Assembly (NCBI GenBank): GCA_021825655.1
Contig: JAKAGU010000005.1
Span: 12,400-76,399 of the forward strand
Source of the DNA: a bacterium
Lineage (GTDB): Bacteria > Patescibacteriota > Doudnabacteria > UBA920
Length of the DNA: 64,000 nt
Direction: 5' to 3'
Shown here: positions 1 through 9,361 of the stretch, piece by piece
Position numbering within the stretch: position 1 is the stretch's first letter
Layout of the letters: each line of letters opens with the position of its first letter
Translations under genes and position numbers: made by a program
Notes under the pieces: model-generated
Databases searched by the model: none
Told to the model about the DNA's origin: nothing
Seen by the model: the letters and a program-made list of their open reading frames with translations, nothing else

Positions 1-1162
1 TACGGTAATCCTGGTTCTGTCCGCGGGCGAGGGGTTCCGCAGCCTGATTAACGCCCAATTGGAAGCGTACGGCACTAATACGCTGTTTGTGGAAACCCGG
101 GTGCCGCCGACCACCAAGAACCGCAACGCCGGAGCGGCCTCGGCCGATACCAGCCGGGCAAATTCTCCAGTGGCGATTACTTCGTTTAAGAACCGCGACC
201 TGCAGGACATTAAGCAAATACCCAATGTAGTGAACGATTACGGCGTGGTGGTCGGACAGAAAGTTGTCAGCTATAAAGACGTGGATAAAAGTGTGATTTT
301 TTACGGCGCTTCGCCGGAACGGTTTGATATTGATAAGGGCACGCTGAAGGCCGGAAGATTTTTTTCCGTGGCCGAAAATACCGGCGCTGACCAGGTGGTA
401 ATACTTGGCAGCACGCTGGCCAGCGACTTGTTCGGCCAGGAGGACCCGGTGGGCAAACTTATCCGGGTAGGGGACTTGAATTTTGAAGTGATCGGTGTTT
501 ACAACCCGCGCGGCGGTTTGGGCGGGGACGAGGATAATACTTTGTATATGCCCCTGTTTACGGCCCAGAAAAAGCTTTTGGGCATCGATTACCTGCTCTT
601 TGCCATTGTGCAGGTGAAAGACACCAAGCTGGCGGACGCCACTGCTGAAGACATCAGGCAAGTGATGAGGCACAATCATGCCATTAAGGATGTGGACAAG
701 GATGATTTTTTGGTGCAGACCCAGGCCGACAGCCTGAACACCTTCAACACTATTTTTAACGGGATTACAATTTTATTGATTGCCATTGCCGCCATTTCCC
801 TGGTGGTGGGCGGCGTGGGGATTATGAATATTATGTACGTGGTGGTGACGGAAAGGACCGCGGAGATTGGTCTAAAAAAAGCGCTGGGCGCAAAAAGCTC
901 GGATGTGCTAAGTGAATTTTTAATTGAGTCTATTTTGGTGACCGTAATCGGCGGGGCCGTGGGCATATTTTTGGGTTCAGTGCTCGGCTGGCTGGTGTCT
1001 TTGGTGGCGACGGCCAGCGGCCTGTCGTGGAAATATACCGTGCCGTTTTACGCCGTTGCGTTAGGTTTCGGGGTTTCGGCTGTAATTGGCATTTTGTTCG
1101 GCGTATTGCCGGCGCGTTCGGCCGCCAAGCTCGACCCGATTGAAGCTTTGAGGTATGAATAA
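1..1162 (+). CDS. ABC transporter permease, MacB/FtsX family; 5' end lies outside the window
   Basis: The reading frame is open from the first base, with no stop before the annotated Met at 59. The C-terminal FtsX-type 4-TM region (GLKKALGA..., LFGVLPARSAAKLDPIEALRYE) is typical of MacB-like permeases. Confidence 0.8.
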   Translation, partial: TVILVLSAGEGFRSLINAQLEAYGTNTLFVETRVPPTTKNRNAGAASADTSRANSPVAITSFKNRDLQDIKQIPNVVNDYGVVVGQKVVSYKDVDKSVIFYGASPERFDIDKGTLKAGRFFSVAENTGADQVVILGSTLASDLFGQEDPVGKLIRVGDLNFEVIGVYNPRGGLGGDEDNTLYMPLFTAQKKLLGIDYLLFAIVQVKDTKLADATAEDIRQVMRHNHAIKDVDKDDFLVQTQADSLNTFNTIFNGITILLIAIAAISLVVGGVGIMNIMYVVVTERTAEIGLKKALGAKSSDVLSEFLIESILVTVIGGAVGIFLGSVLGWLVSLVATASGLSWKYTVPFYAVALGFGVSAVIGILFGVLPARSAAKLDPIEALRYE

Positions 1163-1250
1163 CTTCCCTTACACCCGCTTTGCAAAGCGGGTGTTTTTGT
1201 TTATAAGTTTTTGATATACTGAGTATAGGTGCTAAGGTTTTGAGACAAAA

Positions 1251-2483
1251 ATGAAAAAAATTATTGTGGTGGGGGCGGGGTTTGCCGGCCTGAATGCAAT
1301 TTTGGAATTGGAAAAACGTTTCCGGAAAAATCTGGAGGTTTCTTTGACTTTGGTCGATCGCGAAGACTACCACTTGTTTACACCCAACCTCTATGAAGTG
1401 GCCACGGCCGAAGAAGAGTTTACCAGCGTTGCTCAGGTGAAAAGCAGCGTGGTTTTGCCGCTATCCCAGATTATCGGCCGCAAGCGCATTGTTTTTATAA
1501 AAGGTGAGCTTACGGAACTGGATTCACAGGCGCGCAAACTTAAGGTGGGCATCCGCACCTTAGAGTATGATTATTTAATTTTGGCTTTGGGCGACCGGCC
1601 GGATTTTTCCCGGGTGGAAGGCGCTCAGGAATACGCGCTAACTTTAAGCGGCTTACCCGGCGCTTTGCGAATACGCAACGCGCTGGAGTTTGCGGTGCAG
1701 GCTGCCAGCCATGAAGTACAGAGAGGAACACTGCGTGTCGTGGTCGTGGGCGGCGGGTACGTGGCGGTTAAATTTGCGGGCGAGCTGAAATCTTTTTTGG
1801 ATATTTTATCGTGGAAATACGGCTACCCCAGGGAAAGACTGGAAATAATGATTGCGGAAAGTTCGGATAGATTAGTTACCGGCCTGGGGAAAGACTTCGG
1901 TCGCCAGGTATTAGAGAGGCTTACAGCTTTGGGTGTCAGGACCGAATTCCACCACCATGCAGTAAAATTTGACCACCACTTTGTGGAATTTTTAAACGGG
2001 GAGCGCATGAGCTACGATGTGCTGGTTTGGAGCCTGGGGACCGCTGCTTCCAGTCTGCCTGGCCCCATGGTCTTGCCTAAAACTTTGGCTGGACGACTGG
2101 AAGTGGATGAATATTTAAAGGTGAAGCAGGCGGCCAATATTTTTGCAGCCGGTAATATGGCCCAGGTGCTGGACAGGCACGGCCAGCCGGTGCCCCGAAG
2201 CGCTGCCGTGGCTGCGGAGCAGGGCAGGTACGTGGCGCAGGCCCTGACGTGTTTGATGCAAAACCAAAAACCCCGCGCGTATAGCCTCGGTTTTTACGCC
2301 GTGACCTTGCGCGTGGGCGGCAAATGGGGCGTGCTTCAAACGCGTCGCTGGTTACTGGCAGGCTATTTTGCCTATTGGGCGGATTTATATTTTCATTTCA
2401 GGCATTATTGGCGGCTCCTGGGTTTTGGACCGGCCGTGCGGTACGTTTTTCGGGAAAAAGAAATTTTTAGCCGCAACGATTAA
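1251..2483 (+). CDS. ndh: FAD-dependent pyridine nucleotide-disulfide oxidoreductase, type II NADH dehydrogenase-like
   Basis: N-terminal GxGxxG (IVVGAGFAGL) and a second dinucleotide fold (VVVVGGGYVAVKFAGEL); length and layout fit NDH-2. Confidence 0.7.
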   Translation: MKKIIVVGAGFAGLNAILELEKRFRKNLEVSLTLVDREDYHLFTPNLYEVATAEEEFTSVAQVKSSVVLPLSQIIGRKRIVFIKGELTELDSQARKLKVGIRTLEYDYLILALGDRPDFSRVEGAQEYALTLSGLPGALRIRNALEFAVQAASHEVQRGTLRVVVVGGGYVAVKFAGELKSFLDILSWKYGYPRERLEIMIAESSDRLVTGLGKDFGRQVLERLTALGVRTEFHHHAVKFDHHFVEFLNGERMSYDVLVWSLGTAASSLPGPMVLPKTLAGRLEVDEYLKVKQAANIFAAGNMAQVLDRHGQPVPRSAAVAAEQGRYVAQALTCLMQNQKPRAYSLGFYAVTLRVGGKWGVLQTRRWLLAGYFAYWADLYFHFRHYWRLLGFGPAVRYVFREKEIFSRND

Positions 2484-2497
2484 AAAACCTCGTAGAG

Positions 2498-4717
2498 CTA
2501 CGAGGTTTTTTTCTTATAGGGTTTTTTTGGTTTGGGCGGATTTTCTTTCCAATATTTCAAGGCTTCCTGCAGTTCAGCTTCGCTTTCCGGCTTTTTATTC
2601 ATAATAAAGTTGCAGTCCGGAAAACGATTGCAGGCATAGAAAGTTTTGCCCCGCCCGCGGCTCTTTCGTTCCACCACGTCGCCAACCTGGCAATTGGGGC
2701 ACTTAAAGCCGGTCTTGTTCCAGATTTTGGAGATGCCTTTGCATTTGGGGTAATCGACGCAACCCAGAAAGTAGCCGAAACGGCCCCGCTTTACTTCCAT
2801 TTCCTTGCCGCAGATCGGGCATTTTTCACCCCGGGTTTTTTCCGTCAGCTCTTTGATTTTGGCCGCTTCTTCCGGCAAGGGCTGGGTGGTCTTGCATTCT
2901 GGGTCGGAGCAGGCCAAGAATTTGCCCATGCGGCCGAATTTGATTACCATATTTTTCCCGCAGGTCGGGCAGATTACGTCGGTCATTTCCACCTGTTTTT
3001 CCACGGTGGCTTCTTTTTCCGTCAAATGTTGCTTAAAAGGCCCGTAGAATTCTTTACAGATTTCCGTCCAGCCGATTTTGCCTGCCGCAATGTCGTCCAA
3101 TTCTTCCTCAATGTGTGAGGTAAAGTTAATATCGACAATTTCAGGGAAGTTTTCCACCAACATGTCGTTGACCAGGGTGCCAATTTCAGTCGGCTGGTAT
3201 TTTTTTTCAACTTTTTCCACGTACTCGCGGTCTTGGATGGTGGACAGAGTGGGTGCGTAGGTCGAAGGCCGGCCGACCCCAGCCGCTTCCAGGGCTTTAA
3301 TCAGAGTGGCATCCGTGTAGCGCGCCGGGGGTTCGGTGAAATGTTGCTGCGGGGACAGCTGGTGCAGTTTAAGGTTTTCGCCGTTGTCGAGTTCGGGCAG
3401 GGTGTTTTCATCGTCTTCTTCGCTTTCCTCGTCGCGCCCCTCGGTGTAGGCCCGGATAAAGCCGTCGAATTTTACGGTCTGACCCGTGGCGCGGAAAGTG
3501 TAATTTTTTGCGCTAATGTCTGCCGCAGTCTGTTCTAAAACAGCGGGAGCCATTTGGCAGGCAATGGTGCGCTTCCAAATTAGGTTGTACAGCTTGTACT
3601 GGCCTTTATCCAAAAAGGTTTTTAGGCTTTCAGGCGTCCTGATTACGTCGGTCGGTCGGATGGCTTCATGGGCCTCTTGCGCCCCTTTGGACTTGTTAGT
3701 GTAAAACCGGGGTTTTTCCAGGGCGTAGCGTTCGCCGAATTCCTTTTTCACCACAGCTGCAATCGCAGACAGGGCCGAGGCCGCAAGGTTAAGGCTGTCG
3801 GTTCTCATGTAGGTAATCAAGCCCTGGCTGCCTTCTTCGCCCAAATCCACGCCCTCGTAGAGCTGCTGGGCAATAACCATGGTTTGTTTGGCCGACATGC
3901 CCAGCTTGCGCGCAGCTTCCTGCTGCAGAGTGGAGGTGGTAAAAGGCGGGGCAGGGTTCCGCGTGATTTCTTTTTTGCTGACGTTTGCGACCTGGTAGGC
4001 GGCGCCGGCCAGTTCTTTCAAAACGGTTTGCGCGGCCTGTTCGTTTTTTATTTCCAACTTACCGATGCTTTTGCCGTCTTTTTGGTGCAGCCTTGCCGTA
4101 AAGGTTTTTTTCTCGGCCAGTTTGGACAGTTCGGCTTCAATGCTCCAGTATTCTTCCCGTTTGAAGTTTTGGATTTCACGTTCCCTTTCCACTACCAGGC
4201 GGACCGCCACTGACTGCACGCGCCCAGCGGAAAGGCCGTAACGGATTTTGCGCCACAGGAAGGGGGAGAGTTCGTAGCCGACCAGGCGGTCCAGTACGCG
4301 GCGCGCCTGCTGGGCGTCTACCAGGTTCTGGTCAATGTCGCGCGGGTGTTCCAGGGCTTCGGCAATGGCGCTTTTGGTGATTTCGTGGAAAACTATCCGT
4401 TCCTTGGGTTTTTTTTCCAAACCCAAGGCTTGGATTAAGTGCCAGGAAATGGCTTCTCCCTCGCGATCTTCATCAGTGGCCAACACCACTTTGGGCGCTG
4501 TTTTGGCCAGGTTTTTCAGCTTGGCTACGGTTTCTTTGGCTTTGGCGGGTATTATATAGGTAGGGGTGAAGCCGTTCTCCACATCGATGCTCATTTTGCT
4601 TTTGGGCAAATCGCGCACGTGCCCCATGCTCGCTTCCACCTGAAACGCCCCGCCCAAAAAACGCGAAATGGTTTTCGCTTTGGTGGGAGATTCAACAATG
4701 ATTAAAGGCTTGGACAT
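2498..4717 (-). CDS. topA: DNA topoisomerase I
   Basis: Toprim N-terminus (LIIVESPTKAKTI), active-site region and multiple C-terminal C4 zinc ribbons (CPTCGK..., CPICGK..., CPNCQ...). Confidence 0.95.
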   Translation of the reverse strand: MSKPLIIVESPTKAKTISRFLGGAFQVEASMGHVRDLPKSKMSIDVENGFTPTYIIPAKAKETVAKLKNLAKTAPKVVLATDEDREGEAISWHLIQALGLEKKPKERIVFHEITKSAIAEALEHPRDIDQNLVDAQQARRVLDRLVGYELSPFLWRKIRYGLSAGRVQSVAVRLVVEREREIQNFKREEYWSIEAELSKLAEKKTFTARLHQKDGKSIGKLEIKNEQAAQTVLKELAGAAYQVANVSKKEITRNPAPPFTTSTLQQEAARKLGMSAKQTMVIAQQLYEGVDLGEEGSQGLITYMRTDSLNLAASALSAIAAVVKKEFGERYALEKPRFYTNKSKGAQEAHEAIRPTDVIRTPESLKTFLDKGQYKLYNLIWKRTIACQMAPAVLEQTAADISAKNYTFRATGQTVKFDGFIRAYTEGRDEESEEDDENTLPELDNGENLKLHQLSPQQHFTEPPARYTDATLIKALEAAGVGRPSTYAPTLSTIQDREYVEKVEKKYQPTEIGTLVNDMLVENFPEIVDINFTSHIEEELDDIAAGKIGWTEICKEFYGPFKQHLTEKEATVEKQVEMTDVICPTCGKNMVIKFGRMGKFLACSDPECKTTQPLPEEAAKIKELTEKTRGEKCPICGKEMEVKRGRFGYFLGCVDYPKCKGISKIWNKTGFKCPNCQVGDVVERKSRGRGKTFYACNRFPDCNFIMNKKPESEAELQEALKYWKENPPKPKKPYKKKTS

Positions 4718-4805
4718 TTTTTAAGAAAATTATTTAAAAGGTACGGAATGGATTTTACTGATGAACTCAGCTTCTGTCAAATGCGCCCGAAATTTTTATC
4801 GGACA

Positions 4806-5966
4806 TTAATGTAAAGTTTTTTCAGTCAAACCGATTTTTTTCAAGATCTGTGCGCTCTCTGTTTCGTTGGCAAGTCGAGGGGTTGAGTAGTCGTCGATAA
4901 TGATGGGCAGCAGCTCTATGCTTTGCAGGCTGGCCGCACTTTTTGGCCCCTGCAGCCCAGAATTGTCCGCTGGAGCTTTTTCCAGGTTGATTTTTAAGAT
5001 TAGCCCCTCGCGGGTTTCCTGGCTCCACATCTGGTCAAAAATGAAATTACCCAGAGAGTAAAAAATGTATTTGCCCTGGTATTTTTCCACGCTCTGGACC
5101 CAATGGGGGTGCGCGCCAATCACCATGTCCGCGCCCGCGTCAACGGCCGCATGCGCAAAGATGGTTTGCGCCTGGTTGGGCGTGCGGGTGTATTCGGTAC
5201 CCGCGTGCATGCTGGCCACTATAAAGTCGCAGGAAGGCCTGAGGCTTAAAATGTTGGCCTTTAGATGATCCAAGTCTTCCATGCGGGCAACGAAGTTGTT
5301 TTTGGCCTTGCCGCCATCATTAACAGAGGCATATGATGCGCCAATAAAGCAGGTGGTGATGCCGTCTGTTTTTACTTTGGCCGGTCGCCAGGCATCTGCC
5401 TGGTCTTTGCCTGCGCCAATGTGCTGTATGCCTAAATCGTCCAAGAAGTGCACGGTGGATTCCAGTCCAGTGATACCCTGGTCAAGCGCGTGGTTGTTGG
5501 CTAAATTCAGGACTTTGAATTTAGTTTTAGCCAGCCCGCCCAGCGTGCTGGAGCTGGCCGCAAAAACCAAGCTATTGCCCCCAAAGGTTCCCGGGCCGTC
5601 GACTATGGGCGACTCCAGGTTGCCAAAGGAAAAGTCCGCGCTTTGGAGTGTGTTGCTGATTTGGTAAAAAGGCGCCGCGGGGTCGCCTGCGGCCTTGATT
5701 TTTTCGGCCACATGGCGCGAAAGCATAATGTCGCCCGTGGCTATGAAACTGGCCTGGCGGGGTGCTATTGGGTTTTTGCCCAAAGCCGCCGCCTCGTTAT
5801 AGTATTGGCCGAGGCTTTTATTTGCGGCTGTCGGATTTTTAAAGCTGTATGTTTTTTTAGAGAGGCCCGCGTAGGGGTCGGTATTTCTTTGGAGCAGTCC
5901 CCAGGCCGCAGCCAGGGCAAAAAGCAAACCCAATAAAATTTTCCAGTAGTTTTTCTTTAAGTCCAT
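4806..5966 (-). CDS. CapA/PgsA-family metallophosphatase (poly-gamma-glutamate synthesis-like), N-terminal TM anchor
   Basis: MHAGTEYTRTP...GAHPHWVQ...SLGNFIFDQ motifs of the CapA family; hydrophobic N-terminus. Confidence 0.8.
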   Translation of the reverse strand: MDLKKNYWKILLGLLFALAAAWGLLQRNTDPYAGLSKKTYSFKNPTAANKSLGQYYNEAAALGKNPIAPRQASFIATGDIMLSRHVAEKIKAAGDPAAPFYQISNTLQSADFSFGNLESPIVDGPGTFGGNSLVFAASSSTLGGLAKTKFKVLNLANNHALDQGITGLESTVHFLDDLGIQHIGAGKDQADAWRPAKVKTDGITTCFIGASYASVNDGGKAKNNFVARMEDLDHLKANILSLRPSCDFIVASMHAGTEYTRTPNQAQTIFAHAAVDAGADMVIGAHPHWVQSVEKYQGKYIFYSLGNFIFDQMWSQETREGLILKINLEKAPADNSGLQGPKSAASLQSIELLPIIIDDYSTPRLANETESAQILKKIGLTEKTLH

Positions 5967-5981
5967 AAATGTAAAAAGCTC

Positions 5982-7079
5982 TTAATGGCTGAGTGCGTAT
6001 TGCTGGCCTCCTAAGTTTCTTATTTTGCCTTTCATTTCCAGAAATGTCAAAGCCGAGCTGGTTTCGGCGGGCGACAGGCCGGACAATTTAATCAGTTCGT
6101 CTATCGCCAAAGGTTCCCGCCGCAGGATTTTTAAGAGCTGGATTTCGGTTGGCGAATCTCCAAATAGGCTTTGGTTTTCTGTGCCTATGTTTCGGCTGTC
6201 CAGATTCAGGTCTTCCAGGATATCCCGGGCATCGCTGACTAGCCGGCCTCCCATTTTGATGAGGTTGTTGGGGCCGCGGCTTTCAGGTACGTAAATGGGT
6301 CCGGGCACGGCATACACGGTTCGGTTTTGCTCCAGCGCGTGGCGCGCGGTTATCAGGCTGCCGCTATCCAAATCGCATTCGACTACCAGCGTGCCTACGG
6401 CCAAACCGGATATGATGCGGTTGCGGGAAATGAAATGGTGGCGCAGGCAGGGGGTGGCTGGCGGGTATTCGCTTACAAGCGCGCCGCCCGCAGCCAGAAT
6501 TTCTTCGGCTAAGAGAGCGTGGTTTTGCGGGTATAGGCTTTTTTTATCCAGGCCGCCGCCCAGTACCGCAATGGTGCGGCAGCCCAGTTTGACTGCAGTA
6601 TGGTGGGCCAGCGCGTCTACTCCGTAAGCCAGGCCGGAGACAATAACCACCCCGGCCAGGCACAAGGGTTCGACCAGGGTGGGCGTGACACTGCGGCCGT
6701 AGGTGGTAATTTTGCGCGTGCCGACTACGGCCAGGCAAAGTTCGTCATTTTGTTCCAGCCGGCCTTTGACGTATAACAAAACCGGAAAACGCCCGGTCTC
6801 AAGCAGCAGCTGGGGGTAGGCAAGGTCGCGGTAAGATATTAGGAAAATATTTTCCCCTGCCAACCTTTGGGTTTCCAGTTCCAGCGACACGCTGTTTTTT
6901 AGAGCACTGAATTTTTTTGCCAGTTCCGGCTCAATTCCCGCTGCCACCAGCTCGTTGGTGCTTGCAGTATAAGCCCGGGCAAAAGTTTTAAAATGTTCTC
7001 CAATTTTATAGAGCCTGGCTGGCCCGAACTCCGGCAGCAGATTGAAAGCATGGATGTATAAATTTTCAGGGAAGCCCAT
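5982..7079 (-). CDS. dprA: DNA processing protein DprA (Smf)
   Basis: Rossmann-like DprA core (LAVVGTRKITTYGR...SGLAYGVDALAH...AVLGGGLD) and a C-terminal winged-helix region. Confidence 0.85.
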   Translation of the reverse strand: MGFPENLYIHAFNLLPEFGPARLYKIGEHFKTFARAYTASTNELVAAGIEPELAKKFSALKNSVSLELETQRLAGENIFLISYRDLAYPQLLLETGRFPVLLYVKGRLEQNDELCLAVVGTRKITTYGRSVTPTLVEPLCLAGVVIVSGLAYGVDALAHHTAVKLGCRTIAVLGGGLDKKSLYPQNHALLAEEILAAGGALVSEYPPATPCLRHHFISRNRIISGLAVGTLVVECDLDSGSLITARHALEQNRTVYAVPGPIYVPESRGPNNLIKMGGRLVSDARDILEDLNLDSRNIGTENQSLFGDSPTEIQLLKILRREPLAIDELIKLSGLSPAETSSALTFLEMKGKIRNLGGQQYALSH

Positions 7080-7107
7080 TTTTGCTTAGTTTATGCGCGT
7101 TTTAGCC

Positions 7108-7136
7108 TTGACAAAACCCTCAAAATGGTATATAAT
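7108..7136 (+). promoter_or_regulatory. sigma70-type promoter TTGACA-17-TATAAT
   Basis: Exact consensus -35 and -10 hexamers with a 17-nt spacer, reading into a non-coding interval. Confidence 0.55.
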
Positions 7137-7142
7137 ATTATA

Positions 7143-7343
7143 TCAGTATACGGTCAGAAGGAGTTTTGCTTAGTTTGTTTGTTTCTTGGATCCTACATGC
7201 AAGTAGCTCGAAACAGGTATGATCCCTCCTACTACTTGTTTTGGCATCAAGTAAAGGTTTGTAGGCGTTTGCTTGCGGCCTTTCACTTGCAGGTAGGGTC
7301 CTCTAAACAAACAATAAATCCCGCAGAGCGCGGGATTTTTTTT
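7143..7343 (+). ncRNA. Candidate ~200-nt structured small RNA (6S-like), promoter to terminator with no credible ORF
   Basis: Lies between the consensus promoter and the intrinsic terminator AAATCCCGCAGAGCGCGGGATTTTTTTT. The 5' segment (TTTGTTTGTTTCTTGGATCCTACATGCAAGT) is largely complementary to the 3' segment (ACTTGCAGGTAGGGTCCTCTAAACAAACAA), giving a long imperfect closing helix. Confidence 0.35.
7318..7343. terminator. Bidirectional intrinsic terminator, serving the sRNA candidate on + and pth on -
   Basis: Palindromic GC-rich stem CCCGCAGAGCGCGGG flanked by an A-run and a T-run. Confidence 0.6.
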
Positions 7344-7887
7344 ATACTCCGAGTTTTAAAAATTGGTCAACTTCATTTTTTACTTTGGGCAGCACCTCAG
7401 CGTCCAGCTGTGCCAGTTCCTGGGGAGTAAAGTTCTGCAGGACAAAGGCGTCGGTGGGCGGGTTCTTTTTGTCTATCCGGGTTTCAACCCCGATGCGCAC
7501 CCGGCTGAAGTTTTGGCTGCCCAGGGCGTCAATAATGCTCTGCACGCCATTGTGTCCGGCTGCCGAAGACCCCGTGCCGGTACGCAGCGCGCCAAAGGGC
7601 AAATCCACGTCATCGTGTAGAACCATCAGGTCATGTTCGGTATCCAGTTTGTAGTAGTGGCAGATTTCCGCCACCGCTTCGCCCGAAAGATTCATGTAAG
7701 TCAGGGGCTTGATAAAAAAGATTTTCAGGCTGCCGAAATGCAGTTCGCAGATTTGGGCTTGGAACCTGGACTGGCAGGCCAGGGGGTGGATGCCTTTTAA
7801 GAAAAAATCCACAGCCAAAAATCCGGCGTTGTGCCGCGTTTTTTGGTATTTGATTTCGGGATTGCCCAAGCCGACAACGAATTTCAT
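7342..7887 (-). CDS. pth: peptidyl-tRNA hydrolase
   Basis: MKFVVGLGNPEIKYQKTRHNAGF, the canonical Pth N-terminus. Confidence 0.9.
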   Translation of the reverse strand: MKFVVGLGNPEIKYQKTRHNAGFLAVDFFLKGIHPLACQSRFQAQICELHFGSLKIFFIKPLTYMNLSGEAVAEICHYYKLDTEHDLMVLHDDVDLPFGALRTGTGSSAAGHNGVQSIIDALGSQNFSRVRIGVETRIDKKNPPTDAFVLQNFTPQELAQLDAEVLPKVKNEVDQFLKLGV

Positions 7888-7969
7888 AGCTATTTTGATT
7901 ATAACACGTTAAAAGAAAAAACAAAGTAATCAAAAAACCCAGGGCGGCCTGGGTTTTTGCAAAAACGTT

Positions 7970-9316
7970 TTATGAATTGGTGAGGGCTTTATCTTTTTTC
8001 AGGAGTTTCAGCAAAATGGGCGTACCCCAGAAACCCAGCTCTTTGACCATTGAGTTTTCCAAAAATTTTCTGAACTGCATGGAAATGGCCGCGGGGTGGT
8101 TGACCAGCATTTGGAAGGTGGGCGGGTTGGTGTCGACCTGGTGCAGGGAAAAAACCTTGGGCCGTTTTTGGTCGCGCAAAAGCTTTGGCGGGTTGGTTTT
8201 AAGTTTTTTTGACAGGTATTCTGCCAGCACCTGGCTGTCAATTTGCTTGTTCCGCGCTTCGTAAATAGGTTTAACGGCTGCCAGGGCTTCGGGCAGGCCC
8301 TGGCCGTTCTTGGCGGAGACAAAAAATGCCGGACACATCCAAAGAAACGGGAAAAAACGGCTGACATAATCCCGCAGCATGTCTTCTTTGCCGTGGTAGA
8401 TGTCGAATTTGTTGGCGAGAATCACGCAGCCTTTTTCCATGGCAAAAATTTCCTGGGCCACGCGCTGGTCCTGCTTGGTCACTTCCTCGGTTGCGTCGAT
8501 GACAAAAAAACACACATCGCTGCGGCGGATGGCCTTGAAGGTTTGGAACCCGGAGAACAGGTCGGGTTTGGATTGCCGGTGCTCTTTCTTTTTTAGTCCG
8601 GCGGTATCGATAAAAGTGTAGGCCGTGCCGTCGATTTCCATTTGAGAATCTATGGCCGTGCGGGTGGTGCCGGGAATAGGGGAGACCACTACGCGTTCTT
8701 GTTTGAGGATGGCGTTAAATAGGCTAGACTTGCCCACGTTGGGTTTGCCGACAATGGATACGGCAATCCTGCTTGCGTGGGTGGAATCTTCGGTTGGTGT
8801 TTCGCGTTTGTGGGCCAGGGTCGTGGCCAGGTGGTCAAGCAGGTCGCCGATGCCCCGGCCGGTGATTGCGGAAACCGCAAAAGCGTTTTTAATGCCCAGC
8901 CGGGCGAAGGCCGCCAGGCTTTCTTCCAATTTTTTGGGCGAATCCACCTTGTTAACGGCCAAGGCCACGGGGATTTTTAGGCTGCGGAATTTTTTTATGA
9001 CTTTCGGGTCCAGTGCGGCGGCAGGCTCCTTGCTGTCCACCAGCAACACTGCCATGTCGGCTTCCGCCAGTGCAAATTCGATTTGTCTTTGAATGGAGGC
9101 TTCCAGTTCGTCGCGGTTCTGGAAAGCCAGACCCGCAGTGTCGACCAGGGTAAAATTGCGGCCGCCCCAGCTGATGTCCAAATATTGCCGGTCTCGGGTG
9201 GTGCCCGCCAGCTCCGAAGTTACAGCCAAAGGTTTGCCGGCGATTTTGTTTAACAACGTGGATTTGCCCGCATTGGGCGGGCCAACAATGGCAATAATAG
9301 GTAGAGTGTCTTTCAT
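7970..9316 (-). CDS. der: ribosome-associated GTPase Der/EngA
   Basis: Two tandem GTPase domains (GPPNAGKSTL and GKPNVGKSSL P-loops) plus a C-terminal KH-like domain. Confidence 0.9.
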   Translation of the reverse strand: MKDTLPIIAIVGPPNAGKSTLLNKIAGKPLAVTSELAGTTRDRQYLDISWGGRNFTLVDTAGLAFQNRDELEASIQRQIEFALAEADMAVLLVDSKEPAAALDPKVIKKFRSLKIPVALAVNKVDSPKKLEESLAAFARLGIKNAFAVSAITGRGIGDLLDHLATTLAHKRETPTEDSTHASRIAVSIVGKPNVGKSSLFNAILKQERVVVSPIPGTTRTAIDSQMEIDGTAYTFIDTAGLKKKEHRQSKPDLFSGFQTFKAIRRSDVCFFVIDATEEVTKQDQRVAQEIFAMEKGCVILANKFDIYHGKEDMLRDYVSRFFPFLWMCPAFFVSAKNGQGLPEALAAVKPIYEARNKQIDSQVLAEYLSKKLKTNPPKLLRDQKRPKVFSLHQVDTNPPTFQMLVNHPAAISMQFRKFLENSMVKELGFWGTPILLKLLKKDKALTNS

Positions 9317-9361
9317 GCGCGGTTTGGTTGAATATTCAGGTTAAAATATCAGGCGGCACTG

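Noticed and set aside
3233-4705. Several 60-180-aa plus-strand ORFs inside topA
   Set aside because: Antisense to an unambiguous 739-aa topoisomerase I.
7125-7430. 101-aa plus-strand ORF across the candidate sRNA
   Set aside because: It reads straight through a strong intrinsic terminator and into the pth coding region on the opposite strand; it has no SD.
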